A stretch of 59,855 nucleotides of DNA from an uncultured bacterium (GCA_913009335.1 CAJVXN010000007.1:1-59855), one strand, 5' to 3'. Numbered from the stretch's first letter, positions 8,566-18,027 are shown. Translations and numbers: made by a program. Notes: generated by a model not told the origin, from the sequence alone.

Positions 8566-8679
8566 AAAATCAAACCTATCCTTGCCTCTGCTTATGTTTA
8601 AGATTTGAACAAATAACGTAAACTATGCGTTTGCGTCTGACAATTTTACAATGCATACATAACCTTTTTACTGAAGCCT
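8566..8679 (-). CDS. rpmJ: ribosomal protein L36 (Zn-binding form)
   Basis: My own translation is [37 protein letters not shown]. It is too short for the ORF track. Confidence 0.9.
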
Positions 8680-8688
8680 TTACTTTCA

Positions 8689-8904
8689 TTATTTACACCT
8701 GTATGTTATTCGTCCGCGGGTAAGATCATACGGAGATAACTCTAACTTTACTCTATCCCCCGGGAGAATTCTTATAAAATGCATTCTTATTTTTCCAGAA
8801 ACGTGAGCTACCACAACATGCTTATTATCTAACTCTACCTTAAACACTGCGTTAGGTAAAGATTCAAGTATTGTACCTTCAACCTCGATTAACTCTTCTT
8901 TCAT
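8689..8904 (-). CDS. infA: translation initiation factor IF-1
   Basis: 71 aa with an S1-like fold sequence: [19 protein letters not shown]...RITYR. Confidence 0.95.
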   Translation of the reverse strand: MKEELIEVEGTILESLPNAVFKVELDNKHVVVAHVSGKIRMHFIRILPGDRVKLELSPYDLTRGRITYRCK

Positions 8905-8933
8905 AGTTTATCTTATGTTATATTCCCTTAATT

Positions 8934-9683
8934 CTATATACGTGTTAATATCTCAGGGCCATCATCTAAAATCGCAACCGTATGCTCAAAATGCGCGGAT
9001 AACTGCCTGTCTTTTGTAAGCACCGTCCAACCATCACTTGCAATCTCAACCTGCCACGTTCCCGCATTTACCATTGGCTCAATTGCAAAAACCATTCCTT
9101 TTTTTAGTTTTATTCCAGAACCACGTTTACCAAAATTAGGAATTTCCGGTTCTTCATGCAGCTCTTTACCTATACCGTGTCCCGCAAAATCACGCACGAC
9201 TGAAAAACCCTTTGATTCAGCATACTGCTGTATAGCGTAAGATATATCCGAAAGATAATTTCCAACTCGTGCTTCTTTTATGCCTAAAGCAAGGGCTTTC
9301 TTGGTAGTATCCATCAGCTTTTTACGCTTGGGATCAATATTTCCGACACTAACAGTTATCGCTGCATCCGCAAAATAATCACTAAGCTTAACGCCGATAT
9401 CGATACTTACGATATCACCGTCTTCTACTATAATATTTTCCGAAGGGATACCGTGTACGACTTCTTCGTTTATTGAAATACAACTATTTGCCGGATATGA
9501 GCGATAACCCAAAAAAGCACATAACCCGCCTTGTTTTTCAACGCCCTCTTTAATTAAGTCGTCTAATTTCTTTGTGCTGATACCAACAACTACGCTACTT
9601 TCTATATCTCGAAAAACTCTTGCGACTATCCTGCCTGCCTGCCGCATTTCTTCAATATCGGCCTCTGATTTAAGTTGAATCAT
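8934..9683 (-). CDS. map: methionine aminopeptidase type I
   Basis: 249 aa. Metal-ligand contexts are present: DIVSIDIGV, GHGIG, FAIEPM, HFEHT. Confidence 0.93.
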   Translation of the reverse strand: MIQLKSEADIEEMRQAGRIVARVFRDIESSVVVGISTKKLDDLIKEGVEKQGGLCAFLGYRSYPANSCISINEEVVHGIPSENIIVEDGDIVSIDIGVKLSDYFADAAITVSVGNIDPKRKKLMDTTKKALALGIKEARVGNYLSDISYAIQQYAESKGFSVVRDFAGHGIGKELHEEPEIPNFGKRGSGIKLKKGMVFAIEPMVNAGTWQVEIASDGWTVLTKDRQLSAHFEHTVAILDDGPEILTRI

Positions 9684-9765
9684 CCTGTATAGTTTGGTAC
9701 AGCTAAGAAAATACGCTACCCCTTATACTCTGACGAGCATAAAAATAATTATCTCAATCTTTATA

Positions 9766-10407
9766 TTATAAAAGAACACTTTTTAATTTCTCAAATACTA
9801 CTGGCGCATCAAAATTTGCATCTATCTTTAAAAGCTTTTCTTGAGAAGAATAATAATCGACTAAACTCTCAGTCTTTTCAGTATATATCTTAAGCCTGTT
9901 TCGTATAGCCTCTTCCTGATCATCGGACCTGCGATAAAGCTCCCCGCCGCAAATATCACATATACCCTCTACCTTAGTAGGCATATTCTTAACATGGAAA
10001 TTTTCATGGCAGCTGCGGCATACTCGACGCCCTGAAAGCCTCTGAATGATTATCTCTTCACTTGCTTCCAAATATACAACATAATTTAAAATTATATTTT
10101 TTTTCTGCAGCATCTTATCTAAAATATCTGCCTGAGAATCATTTCGCGGAAAACCATCCAGAATAAATCCACGACTTACATCCGGCTTTGATAACCGCTC
10201 ATTGATTAACTCAATTACCAGCTTATCGGGAACCAAATCTCCTCTTTCAATAAATTCTTTTGCCTCAACTCCCAACTTTGTATTTTCTGATACAGCCTTT
10301 CTTAAAAGGTCTCCTGTTGAAATATGTATTAAGTTAAAATAACTTTTAAGTGACTTTGCCTGCGTTCCCTTGCCGGCACCTGGAGGACCCAACAAAACAA
10401 TCTGCAT
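9766..10407 (-). CDS. adk: adenylate kinase (Zn-lid type)
   Basis: P-loop GPPGAGKGT is present. The lid carries CRSC...CDIC. Confidence 0.95.
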   Translation of the reverse strand: MQIVLLGPPGAGKGTQAKSLKSYFNLIHISTGDLLRKAVSENTKLGVEAKEFIERGDLVPDKLVIELINERLSKPDVSRGFILDGFPRNDSQADILDKMLQKKNIILNYVVYLEASEEIIIQRLSGRRVCRSCHENFHVKNMPTKVEGICDICGGELYRRSDDQEEAIRNRLKIYTEKTESLVDYYSSQEKLLKIDANFDAPVVFEKLKSVLL

Positions 10408-11750
10408 TATCTTCTTCCCTTTATACGACCCGTCTTCATAAAACCATCGTAGTTATGCATTATTAAGTTAGACTCAATCTGCCGCATCGTATCAAGCATC
10501 ACTCCGACAATAATTAATATTCCGGTCCCGCCGAAAAATGATGCTACCAAATACGGGACTTTTAACCAGGCCATTATCAGATCAGGGAATATTGCGATAA
10601 ACGCAATAAACAACGCCCCCGCTAAAGTTATACGCGTCATTACATAGTCCAAAAAAGTGGCTGTAGGCGCTCCCGGCCTAATGCCCGGAATAAAACCCCC
10701 ATACTTTTTCATGTTTTCAGCTATATCTATAGGATTAAAAACTATTGCCGTATAAAAATAACAGAAAAATACTATTAAAAGCGCTAAAACTATCGTGTAG
10801 GTAACTCCGCCGCGCGTTAATCCACCCGCCAGTCGCTGAAAAGCCGGATTAGGAATAAAGGCTGCGATTGTTGCCGGAAAAAGAATTATAGAATTTGCGA
10901 AAATGATTGAAATTACGCCTGACTGATCAATCTTAAGAGGTAAATACGTACTCTGGCCTCCGTACATCTTTCTACCTACAACACGCCTGGCATATTGTAC
11001 GGGAATTTTACGCTGGGCCTGAGTAATGCCGGCTACGGCAAAAATAACTCCCACCAATAAAACAGCCATTATCAAAAGAGTAAAAGGTGAAAGTGTTCTA
11101 TTCTGCGGAGATAAAGGCGAAATCAAAACCCATAATTGATTTAATGCCGTAGGAATCCTGGAAATAATACCTGCTGTTATAATCAAAGAAATACCATTAC
11201 CAATGCCTCGTTCCTGAATCTGCTCCCCCAACCACATAATAAAGATCGTCCCCGATGTAAGAGTAACCATCGTAAGCAATCTAAATTTCCACCCCGGAAA
11301 CATTACTATCGGCTGGGCAAAACGTGTAGGATTTTCAAGCCACAACGCGATAAAATATGATTGTATTATCGCCAGAAAAACTGTTGCAATACGCGTATAC
11401 TGATTGATTTTCTGATGTCCTTCTCTTCCTTCTTTTGCTAATTTTTCAAGTGCCGGAATTACCGCGGTAAGCAATTGAAAAATAATCGAAGCTGATATAT
11501 ACGGCATTATCCCTAGAGCAAATACGGTCAATTTTGCCATTGCTCCGCCGGAAAACATATTCATTATGCCAAAGAGCGCGCCACCCTGAGTTTGCGCCAT
11601 TTGATTAAAAGTATCTGAAAGCGCCTGGCTATCTATACCGGGAGTAGGAATAAAACACCCTAATCTATAAACAACCAACAAACCAAGTGTTACGAGAATC
11701 TTTCGTTTTAAATCAGGTATTTTAAACGAATTCGCTAGACCTTTAAGCAT
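10407..11750 (-). CDS. secY: preprotein translocase subunit SecY
   Basis: 447-aa polytopic membrane protein in the canonical position between rplO and adk. Confidence 0.95.
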   Translation of the reverse strand: MLKGLANSFKIPDLKRKILVTLGLLVVYRLGCFIPTPGIDSQALSDTFNQMAQTQGGALFGIMNMFSGGAMAKLTVFALGIMPYISASIIFQLLTAVIPALEKLAKEGREGHQKINQYTRIATVFLAIIQSYFIALWLENPTRFAQPIVMFPGWKFRLLTMVTLTSGTIFIMWLGEQIQERGIGNGISLIITAGIISRIPTALNQLWVLISPLSPQNRTLSPFTLLIMAVLLVGVIFAVAGITQAQRKIPVQYARRVVGRKMYGGQSTYLPLKIDQSGVISIIFANSIILFPATIAAFIPNPAFQRLAGGLTRGGVTYTIVLALLIVFFCYFYTAIVFNPIDIAENMKKYGGFIPGIRPGAPTATFLDYVMTRITLAGALFIAFIAIFPDLIMAWLKVPYLVASFFGGTGILIIVGVMLDTMRQIESNLIMHNYDGFMKTGRIKGRR

Positions 11751-12181
11751 TCCGCCTTTCCACCGGCTTTTTCTATTAAAGCCTTTGCTGATTTCGAAAA
11801 CGCATGTGCCTGAACTACCAAAGGCTTACTTATTTCGCCTCCGGATAATATCTTGACAGGCTTATTCTTATCTTTTATAAAACCCTTAGTTTCTAAGACT
11901 TCCGGACCAATAAGGTCGTTCGATTTAATCTTTATTAAATCATCAATACTTACAATCTGGTATTCTTTTTTATTTCTAGAATTAAACCCTCGCTTGGGAA
12001 TTCTACGTATTAAAGGATTCTGACCTCCCTCAAACCCTAAAATAGTCCCTCTTCCGGCACGTTGCCCCTGCCCTTTATGGCCCCGGCAGGATGTTTTACC
12101 ATGCCCCGAAGATTCTCCTCTGCCGACTATTTTACGTTTCTTTCTGCTTCCATGCGGACGCACTAAATCGTTAAGTTTCAT
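11735..12181 (-). CDS. rplO: ribosomal protein L15
   Basis: N-terminus is MKLNDLVRPHGSRKKRKIVGRG with a Gly-rich continuation. Confidence 0.95.
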   Translation of the reverse strand: MKLNDLVRPHGSRKKRKIVGRGESSGHGKTSCRGHKGQGQRAGRGTILGFEGGQNPLIRRIPKRGFNSRNKKEYQIVSIDDLIKIKSNDLIGPEVLETKGFIKDKNKPVKILSGGEISKPLVVQAHAFSKSAKALIEKAGGKAECLKV

Positions 12182-12333
12182 TTATTTTGACTCTCCCTTA
12201 TCCTTTTAATGAAACCACAATTTACGCAACGTTAACGTTCGTAAATTGTATGGTCGAATTAACCCCGCCATCGGCGGGGTAAGTTCGGATAAGTAAGTTA
12301 TGAGCACTATCGCTCCATAACTTACGTCCTCAC
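12182..12333 (-). repeat. A-B-C hairpin cassette (copy 1) filling the rpsE-rplO junction
   Basis: Module A is at 12217-12249 (ACAATTTACG..CGTAAATTGT), B at 12262-12280 (ACCCCGCC-ATC-GGCGGGGT) and C at 12293-12325 (GTAAGTTATGAGC-N6-GCTCCATAACTTAC). Confidence 0.8.
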
Positions 12334-12846
12334 TCATTTTTCTTCAGTCTCTGATTCTAATGCCTTGCTATCTAGCTTTCTAGCTCTCCTGATTTTTACT
12401 TTACTTAAGCCATCCAAAGTAGCCTTTACGGTATTAAGCGGATTATTGGATTTCAAACACTTTGTTAATATATCTTTAATGCCTGCAGATTCACAAACTG
12501 CCCTTACTGATCCGGCGGCAATAACTCCAGTACCTTCACTAGCAGGTTTAAGTAATACTTTTGCTGCTCCAAAATGACCAATAATCTCATGAGGTATGGT
12601 TGTATCAAGCATGCTTATCTTAATCATAGAATTCTTAGCACGGGTTATGCCTTTTTTTATCGCAGATGGAACTTCGTTGGCCTTGCCTAATCCCGCGCCA
12701 ACCTTACCTTTTGTATCTCCCACTACAACCAAAGCTGTAAAACAAACTTTTCTTCCCCCCTTGGTAACCTTGGAGACACGCTTAATGCTTACGATTTTTT
12801 CTTCTAATTCACTAGACTGTTTTCTAAAAGTATTCGGGTTTGCCAT
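12334..12846 (-). CDS. rpsE: ribosomal protein S5
   Basis: Contains [24 protein letters not shown]. Confidence 0.95.
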   Translation of the reverse strand: MANPNTFRKQSSELEEKIVSIKRVSKVTKGGRKVCFTALVVVGDTKGKVGAGLGKANEVPSAIKKGITRAKNSMIKISMLDTTIPHEIIGHFGAAKVLLKPASEGTGVIAAGSVRAVCESAGIKDILTKCLKSNNPLNTVKATLDGLSKVKIRRARKLDSKALESETEEK

Positions 12847-12847
12847 A

Positions 12848-13207
12848 TTAAAATTCTAAACCTGCCTTTCTAGCACCTTCTGCCAGGGATTTAACTCTAC
12901 CGTGATAAAGATATCCGCCTCTATCAAAAACAACCTTACTGATACCTTTTTCTTTTGCCTTAACAGCAAGCGCCTCCCCTAATATTTGAGCTGATTTTTG
13001 GTTTCCGCCATAACCGCATGTTTTTTTTACATTTTTATCAAGCGTGGAAACAAAAACTAATGTCCTCTGCAATACATCGTCTATTATCTGCGCATATATA
13101 TTCTTTGGGCTACGAAACACACTCAACCGCGGACGTTGACTTGTCCCATAGATACGCTTCCTGATCCTAGAATGACGAATAGTTCGAATAGTTGTTCGCG
13201 TTTTCAT
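12848..13207 (-). CDS. rplR: ribosomal protein L18
   Basis: 119 aa. Contains [18 protein letters not shown] and [26 protein letters not shown]. Confidence 0.95.
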   Translation of the reverse strand: MKTRTTIRTIRHSRIRKRIYGTSQRPRLSVFRSPKNIYAQIIDDVLQRTLVFVSTLDKNVKKTCGYGGNQKSAQILGEALAVKAKEKGISKVVFDRGGYLYHGRVKSLAEGARKAGLEF

Positions 13208-13752
13208 TATTTTGTCCCCGCAGCTTTACCTAATTTTCGCCTTACGTGCTCACCGACATACCTTATGCCCGCTCCCTTGTAAGGCTCAGGACGTTTTATC
13301 CTGCGAATCTCAGCTGCCGCCTGTCCAACCTTAGCCTTATCTAAACCCCTTATTATAACTCTATTCTGCTTTGGTATAACCTCAAGAGCCACATCATCAA
13401 TCGGTTCATATTTTACCGGATGACTAAAACCTAACTGCATAACCAAATTTTTACCTTCCATCTGCGCGCGATAACCTACGCCGATAATCTCCAATTCCTT
13501 TGTATACCCTTCGGTTACACCTTGTATCATATTTGCAAGCAGTGCTCTAATTAAACCGTGCAGTGATTTATCAATTTTTGTATCCGTATTACGCCCTACA
13601 ATAATATTCCCATCGCGTACATCTACGGTTATAGAAGACGGTATAGCCTGCACTAATTTCCCTTTAGGCCCGTCAATGACAGCCTGGCCATCTTTAATAG
13701 CTACTTTAACTTTATCTAAAACTGGAATGGGTTTTTTCCCGATTCTTGACAT
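13207..13752 (-). CDS. rplF: ribosomal protein L6
   Basis: N-terminus is [11 protein letters not shown], and PYKGAGIRY is present. Confidence 0.95.
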   Translation of the reverse strand: MSRIGKKPIPVLDKVKVAIKDGQAVIDGPKGKLVQAIPSSITVDVRDGNIIVGRNTDTKIDKSLHGLIRALLANMIQGVTEGYTKELEIIGVGYRAQMEGKNLVMQLGFSHPVKYEPIDDVALEVIPKQNRVIIRGLDKAKVGQAAAEIRRIKRPEPYKGAGIRYVGEHVRRKLGKAAGTK

Positions 13753-13880
13753 TTTAAATGAGCCCGCAACTTAACGATTATTAACATTTTCGTTAAGTTG
13801 TTCAGGCGAATTAATCCCGCTGAGTGTATCAAACTTATTAAACCCTCTTTACGAAGCGGGGAAAAACTTAAACTCCTTAA
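13753..13880 (-). repeat. divergent A(+B) hairpin cassette at the rpsH-rplF junction
   Basis: The A-like hairpin CAACTTAACGA..TCGTTAAGTTG is at 13767-13800, with distal arms TCCCGC...GCGGGG. In mRNA sense it ends GGGCTCATTTAAA directly before the rplF ATG. Confidence 0.6.
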
Positions 13881-14279
13881 TTACCAAACATGGCAAATGA
13901 TTTCTCCGCCAATTTTCGCCTCTCTTGCTTCCTGATCAGTAAGCATACCCCTAGAGGTAGAAACAATAGCTATGCCCTGCCCACGTAGAACTCTCGGTAA
14001 CTTAGTACTATTCACATAGACACGTCTCGATGGCTTAGAAATATACTTCAACCCAGTAATTGCCGGATCCATTGTCGAATCAAACTTAAGATATATTCTA
14101 AAATGCCTCGCCCCTTCTTCTTCCAGAGGCTTAAAATCCTCAATATAATTTTCTTTCTTAAGTATATCCAAAATCGACCCTATCATCTTAGAAGCAGGAA
14201 CATCCGCCTTGTTTTTTCCTGCACTATTGGCATTACGTATTATGGTCAAAGTATCTGAAATTAAATTATGGTGTTTCAT
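13881..14279 (-). CDS. rpsH: ribosomal protein S8
   Basis: From the ATG at 14277-14279 the protein reads MKHHNLISDTLTIIRNANSAG. Confidence 0.93.
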   Translation of the reverse strand: MKHHNLISDTLTIIRNANSAGKNKADVPASKMIGSILDILKKENYIEDFKPLEEEGARHFRIYLKFDSTMDPAITGLKYISKPSRRVYVNSTKLPRVLRGQGIAIVSTSRGMLTDQEAREAKIGGEIICHVW

Positions 14280-14354
14280 TAATCTTTCCTTTTTTGATTT
14301 TAACAAGCCTTTTTAAGAAATATATACAATACACAGGGTGACATCTCTATTTTC

Positions 14355-14540
14355 TTACCAGCTCGCTTTCTTAACACCCGGGATTTCTCCTCGCCAAGCC
14401 ATCTCCCTAAAACAAATCCTGCATAAATTAAACCTTCGTAAATATCCCCGAGCCCTTCCACATAAAGGACAGCGATTATATCTACGTGCGCTAAATTTTG
14501 CGGGTTTTTTACATCTTGCTATCTGCGATTTTTTAGCCAT
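14355..14540 (-). CDS. rpsN: ribosomal protein S14, short Zn-ribbon (type Z) form
   Basis: 61 aa with [23 protein letters not shown]. Confidence 0.95.
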   Translation of the reverse strand: MAKKSQIARCKKPAKFSARRYNRCPLCGRARGYLRRFNLCRICFREMAWRGEIPGVKKASW

Positions 14541-14564
14541 ATTCTTTTAATAAATATTTTCCTA

Positions 14565-15131
14565 TTAATCCTGTTTTTCTGTTTTAAAAGGCATGCCCAG
14601 TAATCTAAGCAGGCTTTTTGCCTCTTTTTGAGTATTAGCCGTAGTTACAATAGTTATATCCATACCCTGAATACGTTGATTTTTATCATATTCTATTTCC
14701 GGAAAAATTATCTGCTCTTTTAACCCCATGCTGTAATTTCCGTTTTGATCAAACGAAGATTTCGACACACCGCGAAAATCCCTAATTCTCGGCAAAGTCA
14801 CATTAACCAGCCTATCGAAAAATTCATACATATTACGCTTTCTTAAAGTAACCTTGCAGCCTACAGGCTGGCCCTCTCGTATTTTAAAATTCGATATCGC
14901 CTTCTTTGCACGGCATACAACCGGATGCTGTCCGGTAATCAATCCCAGCTCGCTGACTGCCTGGTCCATAATTTTGATATCGTTTATTGCCTCACCCACG
15001 CCCATATTTATAACTATCTTAACAAGCTTAGGCACCTGCATAATATTCTTATAGCTAAATTCACTCATCATCGCAGGCTTCACCTGTGTTATATATTTTT
15101 CTTTAAGTCTATTTTGTGTTTTCGGATCCAT
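14565..15131 (-). CDS. rplE: ribosomal protein L5
   Basis: From the ATG at 15129-15131 the protein reads [13 protein letters not shown]. Position is conserved after rplX. Confidence 0.93.
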   Translation of the reverse strand: MDPKTQNRLKEKYITQVKPAMMSEFSYKNIMQVPKLVKIVINMGVGEAINDIKIMDQAVSELGLITGQHPVVCRAKKAISNFKIREGQPVGCKVTLRKRNMYEFFDRLVNVTLPRIRDFRGVSKSSFDQNGNYSMGLKEQIIFPEIEYDKNQRIQGMDITIVTTANTQKEAKSLLRLLGMPFKTEKQD

Positions 15132-15133
15132 TT

Positions 15134-15502
15134 TTAAATTGCCTCTTTGCAACGTTTACAAATTCTCAATCTTGTTTTATTCTGCTTATGCATAATAGTA
15201 TCCTGGGCTTCATTATCAGCCTTAGGCTTAGATGTATCTTGCTGAATCAATACCCCTGTGCGTGTTGGCTTTGAACAACCCTTGCAATAAAGCGCTAAAT
15301 TTGAAATATGTATAAGAGCTTCAATCTCGATAATACCAGTTTTCTGATCTTCCCGTTTTTTACGTGTATGTTTTTTGACGCGGTTAATACCTTCGACTAA
15401 AACACGATAATTGGAGGTATCAACCTTTACCACCTTACCGGTTTTGCCTTTGTCTTTTCCGGACACCACGTATACTATATCGTCTTTTTTTATTCGTAAC
15501 AT
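15134..15502 (-). CDS. rplX: ribosomal protein L24 with a CxxC...CxxC C-terminal module
   Basis: N-terminus is [24 protein letters not shown] (KOW motif). The C-terminal part carries CKGC...CKRC. Confidence 0.93.
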   Translation of the reverse strand: MLRIKKDDIVYVVSGKDKGKTGKVVKVDTSNYRVLVEGINRVKKHTRKKREDQKTGIIEIEALIHISNLALYCKGCSKPTRTGVLIQQDTSKPKADNEAQDTIMHKQNKTRLRICKRCKEAI

Positions 15503-15508
15503 TTTAAC

Positions 15509-15877
15509 TTAAACTACCTCTGGCGCAAGAGAAATGATCTTCATAAAGTCCCTATTCCGCAGCTCACGTGCTACAGGACCAAAAACTCTTGTACCTTTAG
15601 GATTATCCTGATTATCAATAATAACCGCAGCATTTCTATCAAAACGCAAAACCGAACCGTCATCTCTGCGTATCGGCGCTCTTGTTCTGACAATTACGGC
15701 CTTTACAACTTCACCTTTTTTAACGCTTGCCCCGGGCGAAGACTCTTTAACATTAACTACTATAATATCGCCTATGCGAGCCGAAAGCTTACTTTTACCG
15801 CCTATAACGTTAATATAAGAGATTTTTTTAGCACCCGTATTATCCGCAACATCTAAAATTGTTCTAAGCTGAATCAT
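15509..15877 (-). CDS. rplN: ribosomal protein L14
   Basis: N-terminus is [18 protein letters not shown]. Confidence 0.95.
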   Translation of the reverse strand: MIQLRTILDVADNTGAKKISYINVIGGKSKLSARIGDIIVVNVKESSPGASVKKGEVVKAVIVRTRAPIRRDDGSVLRFDRNAAVIIDNQDNPKGTRVFGPVARELRNRDFMKIISLAPEVV

Positions 15878-16125
15878 TTTATTACTTCCGCCAATCTCCA
15901 GCGCTTATCTTTAGAAAGAGGCCGGGTTTCAATAATCCTTACTTTATCACCAATCTTAGCAGTATTATTTTCATCATGTACCTTAAATTTATTATATCTT
16001 TTCATAACCTTGCCATAAGCCCTATGATGTGTAATCATCATGATTTTAACTACAATTGTCTTCTGCATTTTATCGCTTACGACAATCCCTTCTCTTTCTT
16101 TTCTCCCTACCTTTTTTATAGACAT
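15874..16125 (-). CDS. rpsQ: ribosomal protein S17
   Basis: 83 aa containing [14 protein letters not shown], in the conserved position. Confidence 0.95.
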   Translation of the reverse strand: MSIKKVGRKEREGIVVSDKMQKTIVVKIMMITHHRAYGKVMKRYNKFKVHDENNTAKIGDKVRIIETRPLSKDKRWRLAEVIK

Positions 16126-16159
16126 TCTTTTTAAACCTTCCGTACGGTTAGATTATTTT

Positions 16160-16204
16160 TTAATGGCTTTGGCTATCGGATGCCAAACCATCGCCCTCTG
16201 GCTT
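16160..16204 (-). repeat. solo copy of the 44-nt repeat, overlapping the rpmC 3' end
   Basis: TTAATGGCTTTGGCTATCGGATGCCAAACCATCGCCCTCTGGCTT matches the units at 16446-16576. Confidence 0.85.
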
Positions 16205-16414
16205 ACTATTTTTTTCGCTTGTAGTTTTATTTTTATTTTGACTAACCAGAGTTTCTATTCTGGCAATATCTCTTTTAAACTTGGAAAATAAATGCGGCTT
16301 ATCCACTCTTCCGGCTTTACGCTGGTAATTCAATTTATGCAATTCCTCTTTAAAAGCGGTCTTCTTCTGAGCCAGTTCATCAGGACTTAAATTGTTAAAA
16401 TCATTTTTCTTCAT
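16160..16414 (-). CDS. rpmC: ribosomal protein L29 with a repeat-derived C-terminal extension
   Basis: The L29 core is LSPDELAQKKTAFKEELHKLNYQ...IARIETL. The last 14 codons (KPEGDGLASDSQSH) and the stop lie in a copy of the 44-nt repeat. Confidence 0.9.
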   Translation of the reverse strand: MKKNDFNNLSPDELAQKKTAFKEELHKLNYQRKAGRVDKPHLFSKFKRDIARIETLVSQNKNKTTSEKNSKPEGDGLASDSQSH

Positions 16415-16445
16415 ATTCGTTATTTTTTTCTTTTTCGCTAAATAT

Positions 16446-16576
16446 TACTGGCTTTGGCTATCGGTTGCCAAACCATCGCCCTCTGGCTTAATGGCTTTGG
16501 CTATTTGGAAGCCAAACCATCGCCCTCTGGCTTAATGGCTTTGGCTATTTGGAAGCCAAACCATCGCCCTCTGGCT
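16446..16576 (-). repeat. 3 tandem copies of a 43-44-nt repeat between rplP and rpmC
   Basis: Units are at 16446-16488, 16489-16532 and 16533-16576. Plus-strand unit: TAATGGCTTTGGCTATTTGGAAGCCAAACCATCGCCCTCTGGCT. Each can fold as ATGG-TTTGGC...GCCAAA-G-CCAT. Confidence 0.9.
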
Positions 16577-16994
16577 AATATGAGTGTAAGTGTTTAACAA
16601 GCTTAGTACGAACGGGCAATTTAAATGATGCGCGTCTGAAAGCCTCCTTAGCTGCTTCCTCAGGTATGCCGCCTAATTCAAATAAAACCTGACCCCGCCT
16701 AACAACTGCTACCCAATGATCCAAATCCCCTTTACCTTTTCCCATACGGGTTTCAGCAGGTTTTTTAGTTACTGATTTATGGGGAAAAATCCTAATCCAT
16801 AGTTTCCCACCTCGACGCAGCTGCTTGGCGACGACTATACGCACGGCCTCGATATGATTATTCCTAATCCAACCATTCTCTAGCGACTTTAAACCGAACT
16901 CACCGAAGTTAACCTTACTGCCGCGAATACCCAGGCCCCGGCGCTTTCCGCGCTGTAATTTTCTATACTTTACTCTCTTGGGCATTAATACCAT
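16575..16994 (-). CDS. rplP: ribosomal protein L16
   Basis: N-terminus is M(VLM)[16 protein letters not shown]. The stop TAG abuts the first repeat unit. Confidence 0.95.
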   Translation of the reverse strand: MVLMPKRVKYRKLQRGKRRGLGIRGSKVNFGEFGLKSLENGWIRNNHIEAVRIVVAKQLRRGGKLWIRIFPHKSVTKKPAETRMGKGKGDLDHWVAVVRRGQVLFELGGIPEEAAKEAFRRASFKLPVRTKLVKHLHSY

Positions 16995-16997
16995 AAT

Positions 16998-17678
16998 CTA
17001 TCTCTTTGTTCTGCGCTGACTCTCATCAGAATCATCTACAAATTTACCGTCTAAAACATCACCTTTATAAATCCATGTCTTTATACCAATAAGACCATAA
17101 GTAGTAAGTGCTTCTGCGAAACCATAATCGATATTGGCTCTGAATGTTTGCAGAGGAATCTTACCTTCTTTGTATTTTTCAGATCTGGATATCTCAACGC
17201 CCCCCAACCTTCCTCCGCACTGAATTTTAATACCTTTGGCTCCTGCGGTCATTGCTTGCTCAATTGCACGTTTTACTGCTCGCCTATAAGCAACACGTTT
17301 CTCAAGCTGAAAAGCAATATTTTGAGCAACTATCTGAGCATCCATACTTGGAGATTTAACTTCTACAATATCAATTAAAAACTCCCTTTTAATTAACTTA
17401 CCCAGATAAACTTTTAATCTATCAATATCGGCTCCATGCCTTCCAATAATTACCCCCGGACGAGCCGTATAAATTCTTATACGTACAGTTCCAGTACTAA
17501 CCCGCTCAATTATAATTTTAGATATTGCAGCTTGGCGAAACTTAACTGTAATGTACTTGCGAATCCTCGCATCTTCCTCAATAAACTTAGCAAAATCTTG
17601 TTTAGAAGCAAACCAGCGACTATTCCAATTTTTTATAAAACCAAGTCTAAATGCTATCGGATGAATTTTTTGGCCCAA
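16998..17678 (-). CDS. rpsC: ribosomal protein S3
   Basis: N-terminus is MGQKIHPIAFRLG and includes a KH domain. Confidence 0.95.
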   Translation of the reverse strand: MGQKIHPIAFRLGFIKNWNSRWFASKQDFAKFIEEDARIRKYITVKFRQAAISKIIIERVSTGTVRIRIYTARPGVIIGRHGADIDRLKVYLGKLIKREFLIDIVEVKSPSMDAQIVAQNIAFQLEKRVAYRRAVKRAIEQAMTAGAKGIKIQCGGRLGGVEISRSEKYKEGKIPLQTFRANIDYGFAEALTTYGLIGIKTWIYKGDVLDGKFVDDSDESQRRTKR

Positions 17679-17691
17679 TGTCTTTCTCCTT

Positions 17692-18027
17692 CTATTTCCC
17701 TCTTAAATCTAACTCAATTTTTAAATGTGTTGTTCGCTTTAATATCGATGAGGCCCGCCCAAAAGCAGCTGCGCGAAATCTCTTCCATCGCACGCCCTCA
17801 TCTGCAGTAATGCGAGAAATATAAAGATTGTTCGACTCAACACCTTTTACTTTCGCATTAGCCACGGCAGAAAGCAGTGCCTTACGTACGTAATATTTCG
17901 GCCGCCTATCCACGTTATCAAGAGTTATCAATGCGCGAGATATATCTTTACCTCTAATCAAATTGATTACGTCCCTGACTTTTCGCGATGAGAGCCTTAA
18001 AAATTTACTTTCTGCTTTTGATATCAT
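17692..18027 (-). CDS. rplV: ribosomal protein L22
   Basis: 111 aa containing LRLSSRKVRDVINLIRGK. Confidence 0.95.
   Translation of the reverse strand: MISKAESKFLRLSSRKVRDVINLIRGKDISRALITLDNVDRRPKYYVRKALLSAVANAKVKGVESNNLYISRITADEGVRWKRFRAAAFGRASSILKRTTHLKIELDLRGK

Noticed and set aside
16446-16576. Considered whether the 44-nt tandem array is a CRISPR array. The same question applies to the tandem units at 44333-44420.
   Set aside because: The units are directly abutting with no unique spacers, there are only 2-3 copies, and no cas genes are present. These are simple tandem repeats.
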